64,000 nt of DNA from Protoeuglena noctilucae. Its lineage: Eukaryota. The stretch lies in NCBI GenBank assembly GCA_958009085.1, contig OY253670.1, positions 620,001 to 684,000 of the forward strand, in the 5' to 3' direction. Of the stretch, positions 37,801-51,310 are shown piece after piece (the first letter of the stretch is position 1; every line of letters begins with the position of its first letter). The notes beneath the pieces were generated by a model. That model searched no databases and had not been told where the DNA came from. It was given only the letters and a program-made list of their open reading frames with translations. The translations under genes were made by a program, and so were the position numbers.

Positions 37801-39847
37801 CACCTGCACGGCGTTGCAGGGGCTGAGGTCGAGCCTCGTGAGCCGGACGTGCTTCAGGCCGCAGGCCAGGGCATCCACCGCCGACGTGCGTGCATTGGTC
37901 CAGCCGCCGAGGCAGGCGGCGCTGACATGCAGGCGCTCGAGCCGGGGGAGGGACTGCAGAATGGACGGGAGGAACAAGGAGCAGAAGGACCTCCCGGCCG
38001 CCAAGCTGCCGGCCGTGGAGCGCCCGTGTACGTAGCGCTCGGGGATGGGGCCCCCGAGGTCGAGCACCCGCAGCGCGCTGAAGGGGACGCGCGTGTCGGT
38101 CTGCAGGCAGGGCCACGAGGGGCGGGTCACGGCGGCTGCCCAGCGGCTCGGGGCGGCCGACCCAGGCATGCTCCACAGCGCAGTCACCGCGTTGGTGCCG
38201 TCTGCGGTGGGCCGCGGCACAATGAAACTGTGGCGGATGACGCCCCGGAAGGACATGGAGATGCACAACGACGTGAGGCACGGCAGGAAGGCCACGGGCG
38301 CGAGCGTCTGGGTGACGCCGTCGCGCTCCACGCACGTGTGCGATGCCATGGAGAGGTCCAAATGCTCGAGCATTTCCAGGTGCGAGAGGAAGTTGGCGTC
38401 AGCCGACGGGACCTGCAGGACGGGGCGTGGGGGACGGAGGGGAGCGAATCGAGACCGGGGGACGCGCCCTGGCACGCACTTTTCTACGCGCAGAGCTGGC
38501 CGCGCGCAGTGGCCTCGAGGCTGCGGACGGGGCCACTTGAGACGCCGGGCGAGCGAGGCGCACCTCCGTGCCGGAGAGCGAGAGACGCTTGAGCCTGGTC
38601 AAGGCCGACAGGGATGTCATGGAGGAGGGGCGATTGGGGTGAAGTGGGGCGATGTCCGTGGTCCCTAGGCCCGTGAACCAGTTGGCCGGAGAGCTCCTTG
38701 CTGTATCGTCCACGACGGCCCTGCGCAAACCGGGCGAGGCCGGGGACGAGGTCGGCCGCGGCTCTGCAGTTGCTGCCGGCGCCATGAACAGTGCCCCGTG
38801 CGACGCCCTGCGGCTGGGCCGCTCTCTCACTCGAGGGTCAGAGACGTCAGGCGGGTGAGCTTTCCAATGGAAGAGAAGAAAATCTCTGCTTTCTCGCGCT
38901 CGTGCCCGTGGTGCCTCTGGTATCCCTTGATGGCGAGGTGCTCGAGGTGGGGCAGGCAGCGGGGCAGGCCACGAATGACGTGTGACGCGAGTTTCGTGTC
39001 CCAGCCAAAGTCCAGCCGACGGAGCTGCGTCATCGAGAGGAGCTTGTCGCAGTCGAACTGCCGCAGGACCTGCGACTGAGGCGCCAGGTACAGGGACACG
39101 AGCTTGTCCATGTTCGCCTGCGGTGACGACGGAAGTGGGAGCGGTCACCCCGGCGGTCCCAGGGCGCCCGGGGTGTGGGCCGGAGCAGGTGCACCGTACG
39201 ACGTCGGCGGTGCAGCCGACCGGTGGGGGACCCACGCCTGGAGGCGGAGGTCCCCGTCGAGGTACGGGAGGGACTTGTGGGAAGCCCGGCCCTTGACCGG
39301 TGCAGCTCACCAAGAACTCGATGGCGCCGCTGAGGCAGTGGTAGCTTGCACGCATCCGCGTGAGGCGCTCGTACGTCGAGCTGGACGCGCTCCGGACGGA
39401 CCGCCTCCCGAGCTCCAGGTGCCGCAGGTGTCCCATCCTCGTGGTGAGTACTCGGACCGCCTCCAGCGCGCATGGGGCCCCGGCAAACTCGACGTGCGCT
39501 AACCGCGTCTTCGTTTCCTGCAAATCAAGTTTCCGCAAGCTGCGTTCCGACCTTTTAGGCCCGCATCCGACCGGAGCACAGTTGGCCGCGGGGCTCCTCA
39601 CCGCAGAGGGCGTTTCCAGCAACCAGGCGTCGATCTTCAGCATCCGCAGGCTCTTAAACAACTGCAGGTTTTGGAAATCGCTGGCACGGACGCGCGTCAA
39701 GCTCGCGCTGGTCAGCCGAGCGTGTCGCACACCCCTGGACGTTTGCCGCGACGCCCGCGAGGCCATCCATGCCTCCTCGGGGGGCAGGTGGTCGTAGATG
39801 GCCCCGAAAATCTCGGGAGGGAGACTCTCGATGTCGAGGGCGTGCAT
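34821..39847 (-). CDS. F-box/leucine-rich-repeat protein with long acidic/Gly/Ala-rich C-terminal region
   Basis: F-box-like ESLPPEIFGAIYDHL; many LxxLxxLxL repeats (LTRLTSLTL, LEMLEHLDLS, LTRLTYLNIS); last exon joined in frame by the intron at about 36929-36720. Confidence 0.8.
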
Positions 39848-40171
39848 CTTGGCTCGTTGCGCGCGAGGCGCGCAAGGAGCGCTTGCGGGGCGATTCGCCC
39901 CGGTCCGCGCTTCGCTTTTCGGCAACAACCCTCCACGCGATACCGGGCGGTCCCCATGTTTGCTGAGCATCTCCCCCCCACTGGCTTTTGGCCTTGGGGG
40001 CGCACAAGGCCCGTAACTGGCAGCGACTACCCTTGCTCACCTTGTGGGCGTGCCTCCCACAGCCACATTCGTTTGTATCACCAATTCTCCACGCGTGTCA
40101 TTCCATCGGCCGTCCTCCTCTCGAGGAAAAGCTTTCATTGCATGGGGTGCGGGCAGTGCCTCGCACTGCCG

Positions 40172-41338
40172 ATGAGGGGTCTCCTTGGTGCTGTGGCACC
40201 GGATAGCACGCCATGCTCGTGTGGCTCGCGAGACGTCCAAGGGCAGGCCAGCTGGTGAGGAGACGTCGATGAGGGGACTTCGTTCCACGTTCCTGGCCCC
40301 CGGCGGCCCGCCTTCGTCCGAGCGCGACGGTGCTCGATGCTCTTGCTACATTCTTGCTGCTGACTGCTTCATCGCCTGTCGCCAGGCGCTCGACGGCCCG
40401 CCCCATGTCCGTGCACAGGGCACGGCTGAGGTTTTCCAGCTGCACGGCGCTGAAGGTTCGGATATGGCGGGACGCGCGGTTGGTGCGGATGACGTCGCGT
40501 TCGCGTCGCGCGGCGCGGGTGTCGGCGATGGTGAACATCGACCTCGGGCCGGCGACCCTCCTGGGCACCACCATGGTCCTGTCCGGCATCGCGCTGTACC
40601 AAGTCCGCGCGTCCCGTCCCTGGCTTTCGAGAGACTATGACGTCGTCGTCTCGTCCTTGGCCATCCTGACGGGCGGCATCCTCGTCTTCCAGGGCTGGCG
40701 CCTGGACCCTCTGCTGCTCTTTGGGGAGCTCCTCACCGCCGGCACCGCCGCCGTGTTCGCCGTGGAGGCGCTGTCGCTCCGGGCGCGCGTCATGGACCAG
40801 CAGTCGGGCGACGGGAGGCCCCCAGGGGAGGCAACGGAGGGGCGAATGCCTCGGGAGGACTCTCGCGGGGTGCCCTTGCCGCCTCCGCGACAGGGCTCCT
40901 TCCGCGACTATGCCGAGTCCCGCGGGGCCGCGGCAGATGGGTTTGACGAGCCCCGGGGAGGCCGGCGACCGGCGGAGTGGGGCGAGTGGCCGGAGACGTC
41001 TCGCGAGCCGTGGCGAACGGCCGCTGGCATGGACGGGCGCCGGCGCGAGGGCTTCGCCAGCGGTCCCGCGTATCCAGAGGAGGAGGCCTTCGCGGGCCGG
41101 GGAGCGAGCGCACCTGGCGCCGAGGAGGTGAAGACGTGCTTTGCATGCCCGTTCCCGCACGCCTGCACGCCTTACTGGGTGGCCTCAGCATGCGCGCCGT
41201 GACATCTCCGACGCTGCTTGTATGCAGGTGCGGGCGTTCCCGCCTCCCGCACCACGAAGAGAGGCTCCCAGCAGCGCCAGGGCCCCTGCTGCCAGGCGCG
41301 GGGACGCCGGGATCGAGGAGGTCGGAGACTGGGAGTAG
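40172..41338 (+). CDS. ycf66: Nucleus-encoded Ycf66 with Arg/Ser-rich transit-peptide-like leader; start uncertain (40172 or 40405)
   Basis: MVNID...ALYQVR..RPWLSRDYD...GGILVFQGWRLDPLLLFG matches the Ycf66 N-domain. Confidence 0.88.
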
Positions 41339-41439
41339 ATAGAGCGATTGCCGACTGCGCGGGTGGTTGTTCAACGAGCGCTCGGCGCAATGAGTGCCCC
41401 GCCGACGACTCTGACGAAGGCTGAAAGCGATTGATGCGC

Positions 41440-43076
41440 TCAGAAGAACTTGGTGGTGTAGTAGTCGCTGTCGAACGTGCAGAGGCGGACGTACCCGTCC
41501 TCGCCCCCCGTCACGAACTGCGGGCGGTGAGGCGCGCGCTTTCAATGGTAAGGACACAAGCCCTGGCGGGGCACGGGTGACACAGGTGTCGGTCCCACCG
41601 CAGCCCCCCGGCCATCACCTGGCGGCCGTCAGGGGAGAAGCACACCGAGTTGATGGGCCCGAAGTGCCCACGCACGGACCCGAACTCCTCCTCGTAGATC
41701 TTGTGGAAGAAGGCGCTCTCGAACTTGCCCGCGCGCCCCGCCGTGGTCGTCACGGACGCAGCGTCCTGCCCGCCGCCGATGAGCACGTGGTCGAGGATGG
41801 GCGAGATGGCCGCTGAGTTGCACGGGCGGTCCGCGTTGTAGACCTTGAGGACCTCAAACGTCTCAGTGTCGACGAGCTTGGCGAACCGGTCAGTGGACGC
41901 CGTGACGAAGTGCGTGTAGTCGGTGGAGAAGCGCATGTCGTTGATCATCTTGTCGTGCACGTGCTTGTCCACCAGGAGCTTGCCCGTCTCCGTGTCCCAC
42001 CTGCAGAGCGAGAGCCATGGACCGTGTCGCGCGTAACTCCCCGCAGCACACTGCGACCAACGGGGTGACTGGCAACACCGGGGCCCGGCCCGACGCGCCT
42101 CCGGATGTGGCCGTCCTCGTGCGCGGTGATGATGGTGTCGTTGACCGGGGAAAACGCGGCGCGGGTGATGCGGCCGGGCGTCGACATCTCGATACGGCGA
42201 ACGGGCTCCGCATGCTGCTCCTGCTTCTCGATCTCACGCGCGACGCGGAGGATGGAGATGTGCGGGCGGTTGCTCATGAACTGGTCCTGGGTCGTCACCA
42301 GGAGCTCCTCCCCCAGGGAAAAGGACGCGCTGCGGCACGGGGACTCGAACTGGAACTTGAACAGCTCCTTCCCCGTCGTGACCTCCCACAGCCGGACGCT
42401 CGAGTCCTGAGACGCCGTAGCCAGGACCCGCGAGTCCGAGCTGACCGAGCACTGCAAGTCACGGCAGCGAGGTGGATCTCGCGGCCCCGCAGCGCAGCGG
42501 TCGCGGCGAGCGCCGGGGAGAGGCACCGAGCAGATGCCTCGCCTGCATCACAGCGCCGTCGTGCCCCACGTACGTCCCGAACCGCTGCCCGTCGTCCGCC
42601 CACCACACCGTCGGCCGCTTGTCCTTAGCCATCGTGAACAGCAAATCCCCCTCCCGGTTGAAACTGCGGGCAGGAACTTTCGGCATGTATCGTCTCGGCA
42701 GCGGCAGTGCTGGGCTTCGGCGCGGCCCGAGTGATGCACGACCTCCCCCTCGTGTGCATCGCGTGGCAACTGGGTGCCTGGGCAGGCACAGGGCGGAGCG
42801 AGCGCTTGCCCACGTCAGCCGAGACCTTAACTGCGTCTGGCGCACGCAGTCACAGGGCCATCCACGCATGGCCGTGGGCGGCCTCGACCGCGGGGCTCCG
42901 GTCGCCCACCGCGGGTCCCGCAACCCCGTGCGACCTCCGCAGCGCTCGCCATCGCGCCCCTGGCCATAACAAATGGACTTAGACCTCATGGGATGCGCAG
43001 AGCGCTCCAGTCCGCTCAGGACTCACCACACGTACGTTAAGGGGCGCTCGTGGCCCTTGAGGAGGTAGGGCCGCAT
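41440..43076 (-). CDS. EIF3I: Translation initiation factor eIF3 subunit I (WD40)
   Basis: [51 protein letters not shown]; two GC-AG introns. Confidence 0.98.
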
Positions 43077-43539
43077 GGTTACCCCTCCTTCCTAACCCTA
43101 CTCCCAAGAGGTGTCGACGGCGTGAAGAGAGGTCACCCTTGAGACGAGGAACGGGAGCGGGAGCGCGGGAGCAGGGCTGGCGAGGCTGCACAGTGTCGTT
43201 CGAGACCGCGGATGACTATTTTGCGCGGAATTAGACGCCCGCGAATGCCAGTAGGGGGAGAAGGTCGCGCCAGCGAGCCGGCTGGCCGCTGTCAGTCTTG
43301 ATGCCAGTGGGCCGCCTGTTCTCCGAGGCTGGAGCGGATGCGATCTCCTCCTGAATCGCGGTGGACGATGCACTTCCCCCGCGACGCATCTGCAGGGTCG
43401 CGGCCGCGTAACCCCACCCCCACAGCGACCTGGCCCCGTTTCGTCCTGCGTGGCAGCCATCGCCCCGCTTGCGGGGCTCTGCTGACGACGCCACTGAGTC
43501 TGTGAGCTGGGTGTCGCGAAGGCGTGATCGTTGGAGGAA

Positions 43540-46500
43540 ATGGCGGAGCCCCTGGGCGAGGGCGACATTGCAAGCGTCCAGCGGCTGCTCACGGAAGCCG
43601 TGTCGCACGACGGAGCCCACGTCCAGCGCGCGGATGCGGCCATCCAGAGTCTTGAGGTGAAGGACCACAACATCTTGTAGGCCAGAGGGGCGTCGCCCTC
43701 GTCGGTGCGCCGCTGTCCCCGTTCAAAGTCCTTTGACCAGCAAGGGACACGAATGGCTCGCTCCCCGAGGGCCCCGCGCGCGCTTCCAGCCCGTCCACAA
43801 CATGCACTCACGCTCGCTTCAGACTCGGGTCGGCTTCTGCTCGTGCCTGGCGGAGGTGGTCGGGCGCCGAGACGTGGAGCACTCGGTACGATTCCTGGCG
43901 GCCACGACGCTAAAAAATGTCACGGGGCGGTACTGGCGGACCGCTCGGCAGCGTGGGGGTGTGGCAGACGAGGAGAAGGCGCACCTGAGGTGCCCCGCTG
44001 CGTTGACCCTCGCGCGTCCATGGCAGCCGATGCGGTCCAGCAACCCCTGGGTCGCACCTCCATGACATCGTGGGCCCGTGCCGCGGCTCCCGCAGGCGCC
44101 GACTCATGCAGCTCTCGGTGGAGCCGGAGACGAGCATCGCCCTGCAGGTCGCCGTGACCATTGGCCGCGTCGCTCGCTTTGACTACCCACGCGATTGGCC
44201 CACGCTCCTGACCGACCTCCTGGGGTCCCTCCAGAGCAACGACATGGACATCCTCCGGTGCGGCAACTGCTCCATATCGTGTCGCTCGCGCGCCGCCCGC
44301 GTGCCCGCCCCCAGCCCCATCGCCGGCCTGCCACCCCGCGCCCCCAGGGAGCGTCGTGTTTACCTGGTCCTCCACCACGTCCTGAAGGAGCTGGCGTCCA
44401 AGCGTCTCATGGGAGACCAGCAGACGTTCTACGCCATCTGCCAGGACATATTCCAGTACGTCTGGACGCTCTGGTGCCAGTACACGGAGAACGTCGCAGC
44501 CCTGGTGCCCTCCGCGGCAGCCAACCCCGAAGCCGCGCGAGAGGTGCTGCCCAAGACGGAAAGGTGGCTGCTCTTGGTGAGGCGTCGGGGTGCACGGGCT
44601 GCAGCTGGGCAGCGCACGGAGCGCAGCAGCGGGGTCTCCAACACATGGCTCCTGCCAGACCGCGCGTCTCGGGACATCGCGTGCGCTTCTCGCCGCAGCT
44701 CAAGGTCCTGCGGCGGCTCCTGGTCCACGGCTTCCCTTCAGACGCCCGCACCCTCCAGGACGTGCCTGCGGTGGGCCACGCAGCCCCTGTCCTCCTGCAG
44801 GCCTTCCAGGCGCTGCTCCCCGCGCGGATGGCCCTCGCATCGCAGCCCTCCGGGTCCGTCTCTGCGGCACAGGCAAGTACAGCACCACTGCTCAGCGCCT
44901 GCTGGTCACTCATCGATGATTGCCGGTTGGCCCACCGCCTTTGCCATCCACCCCCCACAGGTGGTCGCGATGTTGGACAGGGGCGTGCTTAAGATCGTCA
45001 AGTCTCTGAAAGACATCCAGGAGGCGCACCCGTGGTCGTTCCGGCTCAACGGCGCACTGGCTGTGGTGTCGGACAGTCTCATCAGCCACGTGAGCGGCAG
45101 CGCATGTCATGCACAGGAGCGACAGATGCCTCGCGAGAAGCGGCGCGTGGCGCGCAAGGGATCGAGCCCTGCCGACGGGGTCAGATCCCACAGGTCCGAC
45201 CCTTGTGCCTTCGTACCCACAGGTCGAGTCGGGTCACCAGGAGTTGCCGGGGCAGTCGGGCAACAAAGTCGTCTACGAGCACCTTCTCATATCCTCCATG
45301 CTCTTCCTGCACCAAGTCGCGACCTGCAAGGCTTACGCGCGCGCATCTGCCGGCCTCCCGCTGGGGACCGGGGCCGAGGACGCAGCCAACGAGCGGGGCG
45401 CCGCCATGTGCCGAGGTGAGAGTCGGCCATGTGCTGTGGTGAGAGTCGCTGAGAGACGAAAGCCTGTGGGGCTCTCGGACGGGGCCGCATGCTGCACAGA
45501 GGAACCAGGCATTGCATCGCGCGAGCTCTAGGGCCTGACCCGCAGCCATGCGCCCCTGTTCTCAGAGGCCAACGAGCAGATCGCGGCGGTGTGGAGCCGG
45601 GAGCGCAAGACGTCCCTCCTGGTCGCTTTGGTGGAGCGGTACCTGCCCCTGGGCGCGTCGGACATTCACGAGATGGCGCACAGTCCCGAGCAATTCCAGC
45701 AGGATTCTGAGGCTGGGGCGTGGCAGGAGTGCCTCCGTCCGTGCGCGGAGGCCCTGGTGCGGCTAGGCAGGGCCGCGGCAGGCCAGACCCCGGGACACTT
45801 GTTGTACTCTCACGGACAGCAACTCACGTTTGGCGCCCACCCGCCTTCCCCGCAGTGCCTTGCGCTCCTCGAGTCTGACAGGGAGGGCCTCGCGCCTGTC
45901 ATCCTCACGCTGCTCCAGCGCAGCGCCGAGGCGTGCCCCCTGACCCTCCTCACTGCGCCCGTGCCACCCTCTGTGCCCACCGTGCACGGAGTTCCCGTCC
46001 CGTCGCTGTTCAAGGAGGCGGTGTACAACGCCGTCGGGTGGAGCAGCTACGAGCTTCACGATTTCATCGATCTCAGCGGCTGGCTCCGCAGCACGCTGCT
46101 CGCGGAGGCATCCAACCCGGCCCCTCACGCGGTCCCAGTCCGCCGTCGCGGCATCATCGTCCTGGGGCAGTGGGTCGCGAAGCTGACTAAGGAAGATCGC
46201 GTCGCGGTATATAAGGCGAGTGGGACGGCGCGGGCGAGGCGGGGGGGCGCGTGGTGGTGTGACGCTCGGCTGCATGGGTGACTGGGCACCTGTCACTCCG
46301 GGCCAGGTGGCGGCGGAATGGGTTCCACGGCTTACTAATGCATCAGAATCATGCAGTCTGCGGCAACTGCAGCAGTTCTTTCGAAACGCCACATGCCCCT
46401 CTGTGTGGCGCAGTGTCTGGTGGACGCGCTGAATTCGGGCGTGATGTCGGTGCAGCTGGCGGCGGTGCAGGCGCTGCGTCTGCTGGTGGACGACTGGGGC

Positions 46501-48184
46501 TTCTACATCGACGACTTCCAGGCGTTCATCGGCCCCACGCTGGAAGCCCTGCTGCGCGTGCTGCGCGCTGCGGACGAGTTTGAAACGCAGGTCCAGGTGA
46601 CGATAGCAGAGAGGAGATGCGCTTGTTGCCCCGGATGTGAGGAATTGGGTCATCTTGTCCCCTGCGTTGGTGTCTAAGGCCCAGTTTCTGGCAGCTCATG
46701 GACTCCTCGCACCCGTCTGACTGTGCAGGTCTTCAACCTGCTCTGCGTGATCGTTGAGCGGGCCGCGGAGGACATCGCACCTTACGCCGGGGCCATCATA
46801 GGCGTCCTGCCCGAGATATGGGACGATGCAGAGGACCAGGCACTGCTGCGGATGCAAGTGGTCGAGGTGCCGACGGGCGCGAGTGAACACCATGCACAGC
46901 TGCTGCTGCACGGCAGGGAGCGACCTGGCAGACGCAGCGTCCCTCGCGTCGCTTCGTCGCGCCATTCCGCGATGTCGCGTGCGCGCGCAGGTGCTCCAGA
47001 AGCTCGTGAACGCGCTGGGCGACAATGCGGTAGGGACGTACGGCGTGGTGATCCCCGTGCTGTCGTACGCCCTGGACATGAATAACAAGGACAGTCTGAC
47101 TCTCGTTGAAGACGCCCTGCAGCTGTGGCTGAGCTGCCTCAGGCAAGGGCGCAACTGCGCGTGTGCCACTCACGCACGCGCAGGGCCTCGCCTGGCACCT
47201 GTGCCACGACGCGCCCCGCCCCTGCCGCCCCGCAGGAACGCCCTCTCGCCCACGTGGCCCCTGCTGGATCTCTTCCCTCGACTTGAGCCCATCTGCGCGT
47301 CGACCACCGAACACGTCCGTGCCGTCACGCAAGTGGCCCAGTCCTGCATGCTCCTGGGGCGATCCGACTTCTTCGCGCGCCACGGCGCGTCCCTCAACGC
47401 CGTCATCTCCTCGCTCGTCGGCGCCGTCAACGAGCGCGGCATGATGCTCCTCATACCCACCCTGGACCTGGCCCTGAAGCTCTACCAGGCAGATGCCACC
47501 AACGTCCTCCTGCAGCCCCTCTCGCGACTCCTCGGCTCCGTGCTCGCGGGAAGGGAGGAGACGACCGTGGTCGCCGCGTCCTTCGACGTGTTCGCCAGGA
47601 TCGTGCTGCAGGGGCCCCACGCCGCCGACGCCTTCTTCGCCCAGGCCGCCGACCGACTCCGCGCCGACCTCGGCGGAGACCTCGCAGGGCAGGCGGGGCC
47701 CTCGGGCCGGGAGGTCATGGACGCGTTCCTGGAGCAGTGGCTGGAGAGCTTCGACGCCATCTCCCGCAAGCGCTCCCGCAAACTCGCCGCGCTGGCCCTG
47801 GCGACCCTGTGCGGCAACCCGGGGCCGGAGGTGCTGCGGCGGCTGGATGTGCTGGTGGCGCACGTCACGGGGGTGCTGGCGGGCACGGAGGGTGCCGGGG
47901 CAGAGGGCGACGCGGTGCAGCTGGGGTACGAGGTGGACCGTCGGGGGAGCGGGGCAGAGTTTGCACAGGGCTACGCGGGAGAGGAGGCGCAGGGGGAGTT
48001 CCAGCGGCGGCAGTGGGTGTACGAGAACGACCTGGCGACGACCGCGTCGCTGTCGCAGCACTTGCGGGCGCAGCTGACGCAGGGACTCCAGGGTCCCGCT
48101 GGGGCCGAGCTCACGCAGGCCCTGGGGCGGCTCGACCCCAACATCGCCGCCGTTGTGCAGCGTGTCATGGCGCGCCCCTCATGA
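43540..48184 (+). CDS. IPO11: Importin-11 / Kap120-like importin-beta
   Basis: IBN_N VRFLAATTLKNVTGRYWR, ARFDYPRDWPTL, LRPCAEAL, FKEAVYNAVG, LRLLVDDWGF; about 13 introns. Confidence 0.9.
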
Positions 48185-48440
48185 TTGGGTCAACTCAGAT
48201 TTTTGTCAACAGAACAGTTGGACTCCTCTTCAGCATTTGCATGGGGCGATTTGCTCAGCCCCGCATTCAAGCGGTGTTTGATGGCTTGTATTACAGCGAG
48301 AGTAGCTGCATCAACACGCATGACCTCCAATGGCATGCCTGGGGAAGCCGAACGATGATCACGGGACGCCCACATGCGTGGCTCCCTGTGCCCACTTTGA
48401 GCCTACTTGGTGCCCAAGTAAGGTAAAAACGGGTCTGCTG

Positions 48441-51019
48441 CTAATCCAACATGAAGAACCTCTCCGGCTGGCGGATGGAGACCAGCGAGACGAGCTTCTT
48501 AAGCACGGCGCCGGGGTCGGCCGGTGGCTGGGGCGCCGCTGCACCCTCGGCGGACCCGGACGCCCCACGCGCTTGGAGTGCGGGCAGGGCCTCAGCCCGC
48601 TGAGGACCAGACATGGCCTTGGCGAGCGCCCCAGCGATGCCGACCTTCCACTGGAGCTTGGTCTTCTCTGCTGAGGCCGCCCGTATCTCCGCTTCCAACT
48701 CGTCGCGCCCGGCGCTGCCCGCCTCCTCCGCCCCCGAGCTCCTCGCATCCCCGTGGGAGGCGTCTCGGTCTCCGGCAGGATCCTGCGGTCGCCAGTAGCG
48801 TCAGCGGGGTAGTTGCGGAATCGGCAGCACCACATGTGAGGCGAGAGCTATGCTAAAGTGCGCATCCAAAAGCGCCCTGCGCTGTCACGCGCCTTCATGT
48901 CCTGGAGCGCCTGGCGAAGAGCCTCGACGCGGCCTCTCTGCGTCGCGAGCTGCGCGGCGAACGCCTCGCGCTGGTCTGAAGCACGCTGGGCCATCGCTTC
49001 ACGGAGCGACAGGGCCACACGACTGTCCACTGCGCGCAGCCGGGCGCGGCGCTCCTCGTTCTCCCGGGCCAGCTGCTCCGCCCGGGCGCGCCGTCGCGCT
49101 TCGATCTCCTTCGCCAGTCGCGCTCCGAAGTCCTAGGCACAGGATGGAACCTCGGGCGCGTCAATGTTGAGTCCGTGGGCACCATAGCCGCAACCCCAGG
49201 CTTCCATGGCCCCACCCGCGAATCGCTCCCGCAGCCGCGTGAGCCATACAGGCGGACGCACCTCGAGCGACTCGGGAAGCTTGGCGTCCGTTTCACTCTT
49301 GGTGTTCAGCAGGTTGCGCCGGAACTCTTTGTACTCCTCCATGCGCCTGCGCCTCTGTGCCTCCCGCACCTCTTGGCTCTTGTCCGCCTGAGGAGGGGAC
49401 ACTTGGCGAACCGTGGCGAATCGTGGGAGCGAATGCGCAGGCGCACACGGGCTGACCTCCATCCGTGCCACACCTGGAGCTGCCAGAGCGACTGAGTCTC
49501 ATGGGACAGGTGCGCCTCCTCCTTTGGCCTAGTGCCCTTGATTCGCCGCCGCATGCCCGCGTTCTCCACGGCGAGCGCGTGGGCCCGCTCCTCCACGTCC
49601 GCCCGTATCGCAGCCGCCTTGCGCCGCCGGGCCTCTTCCACGTCTTCTGGGAGGCCCTGGGACACGAGGCCGAGCAAGCTGTCTTTGACTGACATGCCAC
49701 ACACCCGTGCAACGGTCACACTCCTGCCAGGGTGGAGCGGAAGCGCTTCCGTGCACCTCAGATGGCCTACTCCCGCACGCTCGCCTTGGACTCGAGGCCA
49801 CTGAGACTGGACAGCTTGCGCCGGAAGACCCGGGCCTCGGAAGCGCGCTGCTCCTGCTCGGACTGGCGCCGCTGGCTGACCTCGGCGCGCCTCTCCGACC
49901 GCACCCTCGCGATGTCCTCAGATATCTGAGTGTCGCTGCGGGATTGGACCTCGGACAGGCGCCTCTGCGGGGGACAGCTACGGCGCGGGATGAGCACGCA
50001 CGTGTTTGGTCACTCCCAGGACACGTGGTCCACCCCATCACTCCACCCATCACATCCACTCCACACCTGCAGGTTCTGCCAGGACTCGTCGGCCTGTCGC
50101 ATCGCGGCCTCCCGCTCCGCGCGCGCCTGCCGCTGTCGCCGCTCCCAGGCCTCCTCGAGCTCGGGCGACAGGCGCTTCTCCTCGCGTCCCGACGACACCT
50201 CGGCGATGCGCTGGCGGTACTCGCGCACGGAGGCGCGGTGCTCCTCGAGGCGCGCCTGCCTCACCTCCTGCGGCCCAGCACGAAGGAGAGGAAGTCAGGC
50301 TAGGTCGTAGACCTAGCCGTGAGATGGCATCCGGACGACAGCGTCCCGCGCACCTCGCGCTGAGCTGCCAGCTGCCGCCGCGCTTCCTCCAGCTCGGGAT
50401 CGAGGTGTTTGTTGCTTGGCCTCTGTCGGATGCTGCTGATGTTCCGAAACAGGCTCGTCATTTGCGCCTGACGCTCCTGCACGTGCATCCCAAAGGATCC
50501 TTGGCTGCATCTTCCTCCGCGGCACATCGACATCCGATTCGACTAGCTCATCAAATGATTCAGCTTTAGGTCTGCCAAGAACCCACAACCCACACCCACC
50601 CGCTCCTCCTCCTCCCTCGCAGCCTCGCGCTCCTGGCGGAGGTTGGCCCGCGCTCGCAACACATTCGACGGCAGGCTTGTGGTGGCCTTTGGTTGCACAT
50701 TCTGGAGCTTTTGACGAAACCGAATCGACTCCTGTCTGCGCATCGTCTGCTGCTTCTCCATCTTGGCGCGCTTCCGTGCGAGCTCATCTGCCTTAGCCCT
50801 ATGCTCAGCCCCGGCCCGCCTGAGCATGTGACGATAGCTCGCGAGCTGCGGTCGAAGCAGGAATCGTCTCGCACTTTAGGCCTTCGGCCGCCCTCTGAAA
50901 TGTCCTTAGATGTGCACCAGTGACCACCAAAACCACCGCCCTTTCCCCCGCCCTCGCACCTCATCCACCTCGTCCTCCGGCAAGCCGCCGACATTGGGAG
51001 CAGCGACGATGACAGACAT
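48441..51019 (-). CDS. Orphan charged helical protein with 48-49-aa tandem repeats
   Basis: About ten phase-consistent exons; the spliced product shows a regular period (see findings). Confidence 0.8.
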
Positions 51020-51310
51020 GGTCTCCCGCGGCCGCCGGGGTGCCGGCGAGCTGCGCGGAGCTGGACCACCAGGCCCGGCGTGGGCGGGAACGGACACCAC
51101 CGCTATCTGAAATCATGCAAGAGTGAAATTGCCATCGCCGCGGGCGAGGACATCGCGTCTGCTGGATTTTTTCTTGCCAGTCTTGCGGAACGCAAGTAGT
51201 TGAACTTCACCACTCAATGGACAAAGAGATATCATACTGACGACATCCAGGTGCGCACCTGTCCTTACCTGTGCCTCGCTAGGGCGTCGCACGTTGGGGA
51301 GCGGCGGGGA

